A stretch of 64,000 nt of DNA from Raillietiella orientalis (lineage: Eukaryota), in the NCBI GenBank assembly GCA_036172245.1, contig JAYWIR010000014.1:1488001-1552000 (forward strand), written 5' to 3'. How positions within the stretch are numbered: position 1 is the first letter of the stretch; each line of letters opens with the position of its first letter. Both the position numbers and the translations under genes were made by a program. This document shows positions 11,801 through 24,720 of this stretch, piece by piece. The notes beneath the pieces were generated by a model that was not told the origin of the DNA, did not search any database, and saw only the letters and a list, made by a program, of their open reading frames with translations.

Positions 11801-14800
11801 CCCCCCCCTCTTTCCTTTTTTTCTAGCTCTTTTTTTTTTTTTCTTGGCCTTCTTGGTCCCGCCTGCTCTTGAGCATCCGCCCGTTTTGTCCCCACTGATT
11901 TATGAGGCCAGAGATGAGGAGGTGCCTCCAATTATGGGCTTCGTGAATTCGGCGGTGGTGGTGAGCCCTGCCTTCGCTGCTGCCTCCAAGCCACGCCGAG
12001 GTGGTTCCTGCCTGAGCTGCCGCCGCTGCCACCCGCGAGAGGGCATGTCCCGGCAACCCGAGGTCGCAGCGCCGTCGAGAGGGCGCTCGCGGGAAGCGAG
12101 GGTGGCCGTAGTGTCCACTGCCCCCCCTCCCCTCTCCCGCGCACGCGCGCGACCGTCCTGTAGAGATCCAGAGAAAGTGGCGGGCACTTTCCGTGCTCGC
12201 GAGTCTCGAGTGCCTCCCCGGACTGCACAGTGCTTCTGGAACGAGGAGGGAGGAGGAGGAGCTGCAAACGGTGATCTCCGCCGTAGAACTCCCCTCCTCC
12301 TCTGGGACCACGGTAGCCGCCGCCGGCGAGCGATTCCCTCGGGTTTTTACGACCCAATGAAGGCGCGCGGAAGAGATGCATCAAATTCGAATCGCCTCCT
12401 CCGCCGCGGTCCTTCCAAGAGCGAAGGATATGAGATGTCTCCTTCCTCCGTGCCTGGCGCCTCGGAAAGGGGGAGGGAAAGAAGGAGCTGGAGCCATCCG
12501 GGAGCGTCCGGGCATCGTGTGTGCGTTTCCAAGCGAGCCGGTGGGCATTCTGCCGGCCGATCCTCCCCTTCCCCCTCTTTCTTGGGGAGGCTTGGAGCGC
12601 GTGCGCTGCGCGCGGAGACCCTTCGACCCCCTTCGAGAGGCGCCGCCGCCGCCGCTTGTGGCGATTGGGTGCCCTTACGCGGAGCTTCCTGGCAGGAACT
12701 ATCAAGCCGGTACCTCCCGCGAGCCGGGAGGACCCGCTAAAGGTGGACGCTGCTCGTCCACTGCGCGTCTGCTACCGTTTGCTGCTGCCGCCGCCGCCTC
12801 ATCGTTTCCCGTTAGGACGGGGAGCGCCTCGCGCGGCGAACCCGCGGTGACTCTCCTCTCCCGGTGATATGCCCCGCGCATGTCCCCCCCTCTCGGCGAT
12901 CGCCTCAGCATCATCATCTTTTTAACGATCTTTCGCGCGTTTCCTCCCCGCGCTCCGAGAGGAGGGTGGCCGGCCGCCCTGTGCTCTTCTCTCTGGGGAA
13001 AATTCGGCAGGTCCCGGCGAGGCACGAAGAACAAAGAGGGAAGATGTTTGCTCTACGGTTCATCCCGCGAGACGACACACCTGCGCGCGCGCGCGCGCGA
13101 GTCGAGGCAGCAGATGTTTGCAGTCTGCTTGCATCGAGCGGCAAGATTTTCGGAGCAGATGACTGGACCATCGAAAGAAGCACCTGGTCGTGGAGGGAAC
13201 ACAAAGAACAAAGATGTAGCAGGAACATCGGCCGTGATCGCGAAACGCCCCCGGGGCGAAAAGCGAGCAGTCAGCAAGCAAGCGCTAGCGGGGTCTCACG
13301 CATCCTAGTTTTCTTCTCCAGCCGTGCACTTACCGTTGGCGCGATCCCTGGCAATGTCCACTGCAAGCTCCCTTCGAGATCGGTGGGTATGAGGGTGCGG
13401 TGCGAATTGCCTCCGATGGCGCGATCGAAAAGGGTAGAAGGGGAGGAGAACCCCTCCCTCCTTTTCTTCGATCCGGACCTCTTCTCCGAGATGCAACCAC
13501 CGCCCGAGGGCACGCCCTCAAGAAAGTCTCCTCGGCGCGGCGGCGAGGGCGGCCGCGCGAAAATTCTCCCGAAGTCCGTGCTCTCGCGCGTGCGAGGTTG
13601 CACTCGCTCGCGCGCGCGGCGCTCTCCCTGCAGCGCGAGGACGGACGGACGAACGGACAGGGGTTGCTTTGGAAACATCAAAAGGCGCGCCTCTTCCGTG
13701 AACCCCGGGTACGCGCGAGAAGCCGACGGTGTGAAGAAACCACCAGCACCACGACCGAGAACATCTGCGTTGAAGTCGAGGGACGGGTGGATGTTCATGC
13801 CCAGAGTGCCCTTTCGGGCACGGGGGGGTTTCGGCGCTTGGCACGGAGCTCCAGCAGGCAGACGAACGGGAAGGCGCACTAGGATGCACGACGCCCTCGC
13901 GCGTGCGCGCCGCTTTTCCGTGTTTCTCCTTCCCTCCACGAGAGCTCGCACCGTAAGCGCTGCAGGCGGTCCGCGGGCGGCCCTGCCAACCTTCGAATGC
14001 CGCCCGCCGTCTCCTGCGGCAGCAGTATGGACCCCTCGCACGGATCCCGCGGTGGGGAACGCACTCGCTACTTCCTCCTTCAACGGCCGCGTCTTCAGAG
14101 CGCATCTTGCACGCACGCGCCGCTGCGCATCCTTCTCGCGACGTGGACCTCAGGGCGTCCCTTCCGCGACGCGAGCGCCAACAGGATCTCCTGCGTCGCT
14201 CATGGAGACGATGGAGAGGCGGTCGCTAGCCGCTCTCGGCGTATTCGCCGTGTCAGCAACGACGCCGTGGCCATTCCTTCGCGTCTTTCACGCTTTGCCT
14301 GTCCTTCCCCCCGCGTCCCCTTCGGACCCCCAGCCGGGAACGCGCGCGCCGCGGTCCCGACAGAGGTCAGCGCTGGCATCACGGTGTGGTGCCCCTCCCC
14401 CCTGCTGAACGCGTAGCCGCTGGCAGAAGCAGTAAATCAAAGCTGGTCCTCGCGTCAGATGATTCCTCCCTTCTCCCCCCTCCTTCCTTCACGGACCGCT
14501 CCCGCGCGCCGCTTTTCTCATGGAAGAAACACAGGGGTTCCCCCAGTCCGCCGTCTCCGGGGGCGCACAGGAAGAGAGGGCGCATCGTGCAGCGACGAAA
14601 TGTCTTTTTCCCCCTCCTCGACCTTTTGAACCCTCGCGTTCCACCCTGGTGCGTGGTCAGCGGCCGGCGATTCCTCTCCCCTTCAAGGCGTTCGCCAATA
14701 GCTCCCTTTTTTCGCTTTCCCCGCTTCTTCCTTTCTATTCCCCCCCCCCCCATTCCTTTTTTATTTTTTTTCCTGTGCTTGCCTCGGTGCGCTTGCGCAT

Positions 14801-17800
14801 CCCCGTGCACACGTGAGTGAATGTCCCCTCCTCAGAGGAGCGCTCTCTCCAGGACAGGCTTGTTCCACGCGCCGCTGAGGTCTCCTCAGCGGTGGCTCCG
14901 TCACGTAGCTTCGCGTGACATCAGCAGGAGGAGGAAACTGATGACGCGTAGAAGCTCTCAGACTGACCCGAGAGAGACTCCAGCGCGCAGGATCCGATCT
15001 CGTAGCTTTTTCTCTTTGCTGAAGTGGAAACGCTTGTTTGCGTGGGTCCTTGGAGTCCCCTGGCCCCACTTTTATTTACAGGTGTTAATTTATGATCGTT
15101 TCCCATGTTTATTTTTAGACTGGACCCTTCCGCGCTTCAGAGCTTTAGGGACGTTCGTGACGAGCGGTCGGCTCACTTGTGCCTCGGTCCGGTGGTTAGC
15201 AACTTCTCGCGAACGTCCTGCTCGAATCCCGCGGGAAACGTTGGACGCGCGCGCGAGGCACGTTTCCGAAGGGACAGAGGGGAAGAAGGGAAAGGGGGGC
15301 GGATGGAGGAAGAGAGGAGATGCTCGGTCGCCGCCATACGAAGGCAGTCGGCTCGACCGAGTTGTGCGGCCGAAGAGTGGAGTTCGGACATCCCGACGGA
15401 CGCATCACCGGCATCCTTCGGCCCCGCGTGCCGCCTTCGGGGCCTCCCGGTTCCGCGAGCCAGCAGAAGCTTTCTACGAGGCGGCGAACGCCTCCCCTGT
15501 GACCGCGCGCAGCCGTGCGTGACCTTTCGCCCGTCTCCTCGTCCCCAGGGGTACGGAATCTCCGCTCGCTAAGAGGGCAGCGCGGCCGGAGCCCAGCCGT
15601 TGAGGGAGACGCGGCGTTCTCCGTGGTCGCCGCTGCCTGCTCCTGCGCATCCACCCAGATGAGGCGTCTGCGGTGCCGCGCGCTCAGGCTCTTCAACGGC
15701 TCGGATTAATTGGTGGGGGACGTGTGGACCAATTAAACTCTTCGCACCCACCGCGCACCGCGCTCGACTGGGTGCTCGCCGGGGTGCATCCTGAAGCTGA
15801 AGGTTCTCTCCCGCGACGCAGACGGGGTGAGGTGGGTCTGCTGCTGCCGAAGGGTGGGGAGGAGGTGCCACACACCTAGGGAAAGGAGTCACCGTGAGAA
15901 GAATGGAGCGGAGTTGGTCGCATTCGCCCGGTGGTCACTTGAGGAGTCTCGCGCTCCCCTGCACTGTAGCAGAGCCGCCGGAAGAGCGCCTTTCACCGGT
16001 AGGTGGAGCCGCAGCATCCTCGCTGCTTGCTGCGGAAGATGAAAAACCCGCCAGCCTCTGACCGTCCTCCGGGCCTGTCCACGCAAGGAGATTTCGAAAT
16101 CCTCCGAACGGAAATACTCTTCTTTTGTTCTCCGGAGTTGCCCCTCCTCGGATGAGGGAGGCAGCTACAGGTCATCTCTCCACTCCCTAGAGGTCTGAAA
16201 ATCCCCTGACGGAGCGCGGAAGTCGTGGATGCAGTGGGCCGGCGGTGAGAGCGCACTTTCTCGGAAAGGCATGGGGCCACCTCCCACCCCAATGCCCCTA
16301 AGAGCCTGCTGGACGCCTCCACTGCGCCTGGAGGAAAAAATCATGGCCTCAGCTGCCGCATCCCGATGGGAGAGAGCCAGAAGCCTCCTCACCCACCGGT
16401 GTATTACTGAATGCAGGGCGGCTCCTCCAGCCTCCCGCCATCTTCCTTCTTGGAACGAAGCATCTCGGAACCGCGCAACTGGCAAGGAGGCGCCCGCGCG
16501 CAAGGGGTCCTCCGCCCGCTCCCCGAGAAGGGGGTGAAACCTGCCCCTCTGCCAGACTCGGAGTGTCCCCGGGCGCTCGTCACTCGGGACGGGAGCTCGG
16601 CAGGAAAAAAGTCCCTCGTCCCAGCTCGTGGCTCCTTTCGGGATGGCGTAGGAGGTGGGGGGGATCACGCAGCGTGTGGAGCTTGCAGACCGCGTGCATC
16701 TTCGCGAACACCAGGTGGCAAGGCACACACGAAAGATGCCCTTGGATGGCGGACCGGAACCGAACGGCGAGTCTTCCTCACCAGGGACATGCCGAGGCCT
16801 CTAGGCGCCCCTCGGAGCTTTCGGTCCCCACAAAAAGACACGATTCCCTGGAAGGGATCCCTACCAGTGAGGAGGAGTTCCGGAAAAAGGCTGCAGGTTG
16901 CCAGGGTCGCCGCCGCCGCTTCTGTTGGTTCCGGTCGGCAGGGGGCGGACGGAAAGTCTGTCGGTCTGAGGAGGAGGTGTGGAAGGATGGGGGGTGACCC
17001 TTTTGAGGTCCACCAGAGAAGCGAGAACTTTTCAGAGAGCAGAAAGATACAGACTGGACTCCCCCAAGTGAGCTGCGCCTGCGTGCGGATGCGCAGGCGC
17101 AGCTCTGGACGCCTGTGTTCCCACGACTTCACGAGCCACGTGGGTCCCGTCGGAAGGCTGCGAGGCGTCTCCACAGGGACTCTGAAAGCCCGCCGCTAGC
17201 TGCAGGGTCGCTTGCGCAATTCGCTGGTGCTATTTGCCGCCGCGCGCGCCGTGCGCTCAGCGGCGACGTCATCGCTGGAGGAGGGCGTGCGGCCTTGCTC
17301 GGACGGCCTCCGACCGTCCGGAGCCATCCTCGCTGCGCGCGCGTTCGAGGCATTTCGATAGGGCGCGACTCCGGCCAGGGAACACCCGCGCGCCCAGCGC
17401 CCTCGCCGTCTGCTGAGACGATCCGAGGAGGAAGGCTCCTCCGTGAAGCGGCCCCTTCATCCGCGGACGGACGAGGACAGCTGCGCATGACCGCAGCTGT
17501 ATCATGCCCTGCCCCAGACTGCGGCTGCAGCTAACCACAGCCACCATTTCTTGAGCGATTAGTTTGCCACGTGACTGGAGGCGGCAGCCGAGGGAGACGA
17601 CGCTTCAGGGAGCGCACAAAGCGCTGCAGGGAAGCGACCGGACGTTCAGCACAGGTGCTGCCAGAGGAGGGTGCAGCGAGAGCGAAAGGAACTTCGGTAT
17701 TTTCGGTGAATCTGAAAGACACCTGACCTCGACCTTGCTCCCGTGACTGGAAACCAAAGCGGAGTCGCCCGACTGGAAGGACGCCGCTTCCCCAGTGAGC

Positions 17801-20800
17801 CCGAATGCAGGAAACGGAAAGAAAGAAGAGCTGCTGGCAAAAGAACCGAATCATGAAGGAATCCGGAGTGACGTCACTCGACCTTTTCACTCCCTGCTTC
17901 CCGCAGCAGTCACAACAGGAAGCAACGGAAATCTGCTGCCAGGCATTCCATCCAGACATAATGGAAGAGCGGACGGGGTATTTCCGGGCAACGCTGGTTG
18001 AGGCACGTCGGAAATGCTGTCAGGGACGACGGCCCGATGGCTTTTGCCTTGGGGTACATCGAAAGGGACCCAGAGCGCTTGTCGCAGCCCCAGCCCCGGG
18101 AAGTCTGCGGACCTCATCCTCCGCGTGCAAAGACACCTTCCGACCCTCGGGAGGAAACAGACATCTGCAGGTCCGTGAACATCCGGACCCTTAAGCCTGG
18201 TCCCAGTTGGTGGTTCCTATTCCAGCCACCTGCTCAGTGGCTGCTTCCGTCTGTGGTCGGTATCCGAAACTGTGGTTGCGGTGGACTGAAGCTGCAGTCC
18301 CCCTCCCCCATCTCCCCCGATGTGGCTACCTGAAGCTGTGGGCCCGCGGCTGGCTGCATCCTCACTGATGTCCGGCCACGGGTCCTCTACATGGGTGGCC
18401 GCTCCCGGCAGCCTTGACGGCATCCGTCGTCACGTGACAACTCGAGAGCGGAGCAGAGTCTCTCTGTCCGGCGCCCAGGCTCCATCCGAACGGCAACAGG
18501 AGCGGAGGAGAGTCCGGTTCGGGCGAGGAGAAACCTCGCAGGCAATCGATTTCCTTTGAGCCCGTTTCCAGGAAGCGCCCGAGCGTGAAGAATGGGAGAG
18601 ACCGGGGCCTGGACCACATTCCAGTTGCCTCTCCCGGAGTCGTTTCGGGACGACTGGAATCCGAAATGGCGGCTGGCGACTGGCGCTGCGTCCAGGGAGG
18701 GGCGCGTTTTCGGAGGTTGCCTGGGACCTCTGGAAAGCGATGAGGGGGGGTCCTGCCGCGCGCTTGCCGCCCGCGAGATCCAGCAGGAGCGTGCAGACAA
18801 GTCTTTTCTCCCGCACTTGGCTCCCATCGGATCGCCCTGGATACGAGCATTCTACGGGAAGTTTCCTCAGACGCGGGTCAGTTCCAGAGAGTCCGTCTGT
18901 GAAAGGGGGGAGCAGGAGACCGCCGCGGAGGACCTGCTTTTACCGAGGGAGTAAGAAAAACGCCGCTGGCCATGAGCTCCAGACGTTGGCGCTCTGTCCC
19001 GACCTCGCTGACGGCTTCATTGCCTCGGGGTGCGACTGCGTTCCATCCGGGAGTCACCCGTCAGTAGCGAAGATTTTCCGCGGTCTATTTATAGATCGCT
19101 CGACATTGCTAGTAGGGCACGAGTCAGGGATTTCGTCCGGGAGAGGGGAGTGGCTGCTGATCGAGGTCTTCAGAGGTCTTCAGAGGGACGGAGGAACTCC
19201 CCCGTCAATAGGGATGAGGACAACTCCTCATCGCGAGTAACCCAGGAACGTCGGCGACCCAGCGGCTTCCCTACTCACCAGTCCGTTTCGATGAAAAGTT
19301 GGGTGAAAGGCCATGAGTGAACCAGAGCCAGGCCGAAGAAGAAGGAATCTCTCCAAGGTTCCTTGAACCCCTAAGAGTCTTTTCGGTGCTACCGAAATCC
19401 GGAAAGGGGGAAGGAAGTTCCCCGTCGCGAGGAAGCCCGGCCACAGAAGAGGAATCACCGTCTCGGACCCGTCTCGGTGGAGGCAGCCGGTTGCGCGCGT
19501 CCCTCAACACCTGGTGGCTTTGAGCAACGAGAAGGGCCAGCCCTTCCCCCCGGCAAGGGAAAAGGGGTGGTCGGTGCACTCCGTGTTTCTAGTGTGTGGG
19601 GGGAAGAAGTAAAGGGGGCACTCTTAAGGGTTGTGCCAAGAGAGCCGGGAGTTCGCGTTCGCAGTTGAAACGCGTCACGTGACGGGGAGTTCTCTCGCGG
19701 AGCAGACAGCTTCCTTGAGTCGCGTCCGTCTTTTTCCCGGCGACCGACGAGTCCGGGGATCCTGATGTTTCTCGGGGAAACCTCATCCCTCCTTTCCTCC
19801 CTGCTTCTTTCTTGCAGGCATCTCTGTCTCTCTCCCCTCTCTCTCCCCATCCTCCCCTCACCTGCCAGGAACTCAGTCTCACCTCTTTCCCATCCCCAAA
19901 GGGCGTGTATCCTTTTTTTTCCTTCCAATCCTGAATTGTAGATGGCGCTGTTAGCCGCCGCGTCCTCTTACGCCTCTTCGAGAAAGCGAGCGTCTCTTCC
20001 TCTCCCCTCCTCCTCCTCCTATGTCACGTGACGTGCGCGGAGACAGTGCGCTGGCTGGGGGCTCCGATTCCGCGTGTTCGTGCGTGAGTTTTTTTTTTTT
20101 TTTTGACGTTTTTTTGTCTCCTCCTCCCCCTCCTCCTCGACCCAGAGGCATAATGCGTAGCAACGCGCGCGCTCTTCTCATCGGAAAGGAACGTGTGGGT
20201 CACGTTGCAACTTGAACAGCCCTGAGCCTCCGCTGCCCGGAGGGCGGAGTCGCGCAGGGCGGCTGCGATTGCCGGCAGGGCATCCGCTGCTGCCCTCTGC
20301 CGCACGCCGCGCTCTTTGCGCGCTCCTTTCCCTTCGCTCCCAGGCAAGGCGGTGGCGCCGCAAAGTCTGGAAGCGCGCGCGCGCGCGCGTGCGCGTGGAG
20401 TCCCCCGCTTCCCTCCCCAGGAGGGAAGCGCAGGCGCGTGCCAGCGGACATCGCGGAGGGTGGCGCTGAGGGGGCGGGCTGTCCCCTTCCTAGGAGAAAC
20501 CCGCCCTCCTGGGAAGCGGCGGAGGCTGCCAGGTCGGGGCCAAGAGGCGGGAGGAAGCAGCGGGCGGGCGGGAGAAAAAAACCGCATCTGCGCTCCTGGC
20601 CTCCGGAAAGGACAGCAGCCTCCCGCGGGAAAATCCTGGCGATGGCCTTTGCCAACGCACCTACTTTCTCGCTCCCTCTACCGGGGAAGACCTTGGAAGG
20701 AAACAGCGTTGGCTGGGCCTCCTGAGAGCGGGGCGTTCTCCTCTCCCGGCTCTCGCCCCAGAGGCGCGTGCTCCCCCCGCTTGCCGACGCGGACTGCTGC

Positions 20801-23800
20801 AATGCCCTCAGATCCTGGGCCTCTCGCGGCCGAATGCGAGGCCCTCTGAGAAAGTTGGCATCGCCATGCGGGTCTGAGGCGGTGCGCGTGGCCCGCAGGA
20901 AAGACGACGGGGGGGGAGAGAGAGGATTCGGGATATGCAAGATGTGGGAGGTACCTCGCCAGGGTGGTCCCCCGGTCGGACCACTCCGCCTCGCGAGGTG
21001 GCAGTGTCGATGGCTCACGTTTCGGCCGCGGGTGCGTTTGGAGAAAAGCTCTGCGCACGCGCGCGCGGACGAAGCGGAGGATTCCCTCCTCTCCTTTGCG
21101 GACTTTCCCCGGGCGAAGCCTCCTGCTTCCGGTTCCTCCCTGAGGTTTCCTTAGGACCTGATTCTCGTAGGCGAGCTAAGGCACGCGGGATGAGAGGCTG
21201 GGGATCGAAGGTGAGGAGCATCTGGGTGCCTGTGGAGGACCCAGGACTCAGGCAGAGCGCCTGCGGAAGAGAGCGAAGAAAGGATGGGATCCGGGCAGAG
21301 ACTGCAGGCGGCGGCGAGCCCCAGGAGGAGGGGGAACGAAAGCGACGGAGGTTTCTGATGAGTGGGACCTAGCAGGAAGCCGTCCGAAGTGTGTCTTCCA
21401 GGAAGGGAAAGGACGACAGTAGCCCCTTCTTTGTGATACCCGGGAACCCGAAGCGAATGATCCCTTCCCCTGCCTCCCTCCCACCACGACTTGACTCTCT
21501 TCCAGCCGGGATGGGACCCTTGTAAAGGGACTCGGGAAAGCACCGCACCTTTGATCGCCTCGGAAAGAAGGCGACTAGGAAAGGAGCTCATCGAAGCCTC
21601 CGAAGACTTGCCGGAAGGTGCCCACGGGAGACGACGGGAGGGAGAGCCCTTCCTCGAGTCCCGAAGAGGGCTGAAGGGAGGGGCACTCACCTTTGTGCGG
21701 GGTGAAAGAGGAACACGGGAGGGGCGCCCGCTATCCCGTCAACGCAATCACCTCGTCCTCTGTTCCCCCCCCCTTCTTTTCCCCTTCTCCTCCTCGCATC
21801 TTTCGGCCGATCAGAAAACGGAAGTCTGGGATGGACAAAAGAGAATAGGAGCAGAGCGTGGCAAAGCTGTGAGCCCTCAAAAAAAAGCTCCCGCCACCAT
21901 TGTTTGTTTGCTTGTTTTTCGCTCATAGTTTCCTGGCAACCCCCTCTCATCGAGAATCTCTACCGCCAGCAGCGCTTTGGCAACGGCTACCAGGTCCAGC
22001 CGGACAACGACTCTCGTGAGGAAGAGGAGGCACCGACTTGTTGCGGGGCGCGTGTGCGACTACCCGAGGAGCGGGCGGCAATCCTCAGGGGTCCGCAACT
22101 CTCCTCACTCCCTGTGTTCCAGAATCCCGCCGCGCCACGCCAGCGGGGTACGCGAGGAACACGGAACGGTCACTTCCGCGTTTTGGTCCGCGCCGCTCGC
22201 CAGTGCCCCCCTCCACCACACGACCGAGCGCACGCGCGCGCAGTCGTGCGAGCACGTGCAGGATGCGTATGCGATCTCCCTCTCCCTCCTGGTCTCCGCT
22301 CTTCGAAGGTTCGGATGGTACGCAGGTGACAGAAGGGCAGGTTCCCCGAAGGCACTTCTTCGGCAACTTTCCCCTCCGCTCCTTCGGGCATCTCTGGGGC
22401 AGCATGGAAGAACGCGGAATCGGAGGGCGGCACTCGGGCCAGAAGCGGTGCGTCATTTTCTCGAGTGCGCGTGCCGCGCGCTGTTCATTGCCCTTTTCCC
22501 TCGCTCCAGATCGCCCACGGAGCTCTCCCAGAGAAAGTCTCCGAGTTCGGCAGCTCTCCGATTCGCCTCCGGTACCCCCCCCCCCAAACGGTCCCTCCTC
22601 CCAGTGGCCGTCGGCCACGAGCCGTCGTCAAACCGCAGAAGACGCCGCAGCTTTTGCCTGCTTCGGAAATGTCAAGACCCACCGGTTTCCATGGAGCCTG
22701 TTTGCATGGGGCTCCTCGATCCATCACGCGGCACATCAGGCCTCGATTCACCGTGACCCCGCTCTGCGCCCCGGCTTTCTCGCTAATTTGCAACCTTCTG
22801 GTTTTCTTGTTTCTTCGCAACCAACTCCATAGTCGAGCCCCGGATCCACCACGAACCTCCGTTCCATCTGCTGCTGGGACCACTTGCCCTGCGGTGCTTC
22901 GGTGAACTGTGATCCGGGCGGACGCTAACACCTGGAGGCTCCAGATGGCAGCGTCCCTTACTCTGTCTGTCCGTCTGCACTGTTTCCTGAGAGCCCAAGG
23001 CAACCAACTGTCTCACCTGTCCGTCGAAGGTGGTCCTGCGCTTGCAGATTTGCTGGATTTGCGAGACGCCGGACGGACGAAGGGCCTACCGCTTGCGACG
23101 GTCATCGCCGACATCGCACCAGCAGCGACGGTGGGAACGATGATTTGGTGCATCCAGCCTCCTCTCAGAAGGTTCGTAATCCTGAACCGATCCGCGTCTT
23201 CCTATTTCTGATAAGACCAACAACAGTGAGCCAATCCGAGAGAACCCGTAGGCTTGGAGCTCCCGTTCGTAGAAAGAGCTCGAGGTCGTGGAACCTCAGC
23301 ATCTCGTTTGGGGTTCAGGTCAGACGGGCAGAGTCTTCTGGCACTAACGAAAATTATTCATTCCCCCATCTGCAGAGGGTTCGCTATGGTGATGGTCCTG
23401 ACTCAAGGTTTCCCTTGCACCTGCCGGGGAAGCCACAAGGAACACGCGTTCCTCCCCTCGATCAAGGTCCAACGCTATTCGTAGGGGAATCAGTGGTCGC
23501 CGCCTTTCGCTGCAGCCACGATCCCGCAACCTCATCTGCCGAACCCAAGGCCGTCCACATAGTGCACCTCTGCCGGTGGAAACTCAGGATATGGGAGCGT
23601 CCTGTCCTCCTCGCCCGGCGTTTCGACGGCGCGGACGCAGCATCAACTTTCCGGCATTTTGCTGCCGGGTGCAGGTCGCCTGAAGGTAGAGGGGGGACCG
23701 TCCCGTTCTGAACCTTTGTGGGAACAATCCCACACTTCGGCCTGCCGTTACGACGGATGATGTATTTCTCTTCACAGTGCAGTGTGTTTTGGGCACCTTT

Positions 23801-24199
23801 CCACTCCTTCTTCTCAATCTCCAGCCACTGGATTCCCCGTTCGTCGTAGGCAAAGGATTACCGAAAGCTACTCCTCCCGAGGGAGTCGAAGAGCTTCTTA
23901 GTACGGCGTCAAGCGGAGCACAATGGCCGCGCTCGGCAGAGCTGCTGGAAATAGCTGGCCACTACTTCGGATCTCGAAATGACCCGAAACGGTCACATTA
24001 CCGCGGTTTGCGGGCTTTCCCCTGGCGAAACTTCCCGCTTCCACTTCCTCCGTGAGGACTTCTGAGGACCTGATTCTCTTAGGCGAGCGAAGGCAACGAG
24101 GGATGAGCTGTCCTACCCCTCTGATGCAAATTAAGGCTCAAACATCGCTCGGATTGCCCATCTTCATCACTGGATGACGTCTCTATTTCCATCCGGTTG

Positions 24200-24720
24200 T
24201 CTGTGACGCCAGCTTGAATACCAAAAGACACTCCAGTATAGGGTGAGGTCCTATGGAGAAGCGTTGTAGGTGCATTGCAGCTCCTGAGCAAGGAGGGAGC
24301 AAAGACCATTAGATGCTTCGTTCACACACCTCGTTCCCTATTTAGGAAACTCCCGGTTTCTTTTGTCCGTATAGATCAAGCGGAGCGAGTAGGCTGCTTC
24401 ATGACACCAAGTGGCAATCCAGACGATAGCCGTTTCCAACTCGACTGGGAGCACATAGCGCTCCCGAGGAACGATGAGCAAGTCTCCCGCAGCGAAAGAG
24501 GTGTTTCCACCGCGAACCCATAAGCGGGAACCACGCTGCCGCTTTTCTTCAGGAAGAAAGCGAAACGCCTGAGGGATATGACAAGAAGCAGTCTTCTCAT
24601 AGTTCCTCCTACTTCTATTCTCTATTCGTAGTCCCGCATGCGTGGGTAGAAGAGCAAACCTCTCGATGACAGAGAGATGGTCAGTTTGAAAGCCTTTTGT
24701 TGTCCGAGACTGGTGCAACA
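24200..24720 (-). mobile_element. Highly decayed non-LTR retrotransposon RT fragment (Vingi/Ingi-like)
   Basis: Minus-strand frames give, in the expected order, QKAF, SSWKRLSSGLPLG, LIYTD and LLHRTSPYTGV. These resemble DxxxAFD, SRWRxxxNGLPQG, FNIYTND and HxxxPxYLGV. Frameshifted. Confidence 0.35.

Noticed and set aside
1812..14408. Long ORFs of 300-514 aa (e.g. 1812-3224, 9207-10157, 11394-12740, 12864-14408)
   Set aside because: Arg/Pro/Ser/Gly-rich translations, overlapping on both strands with no motifs; expected from stop-codon scarcity at high GC.
21178..21189. 12-nt match to the 5' part of miR-124 (taaggcacgcgg)
   Set aside because: The match breaks after 12 nt and no precursor hairpin is evident.
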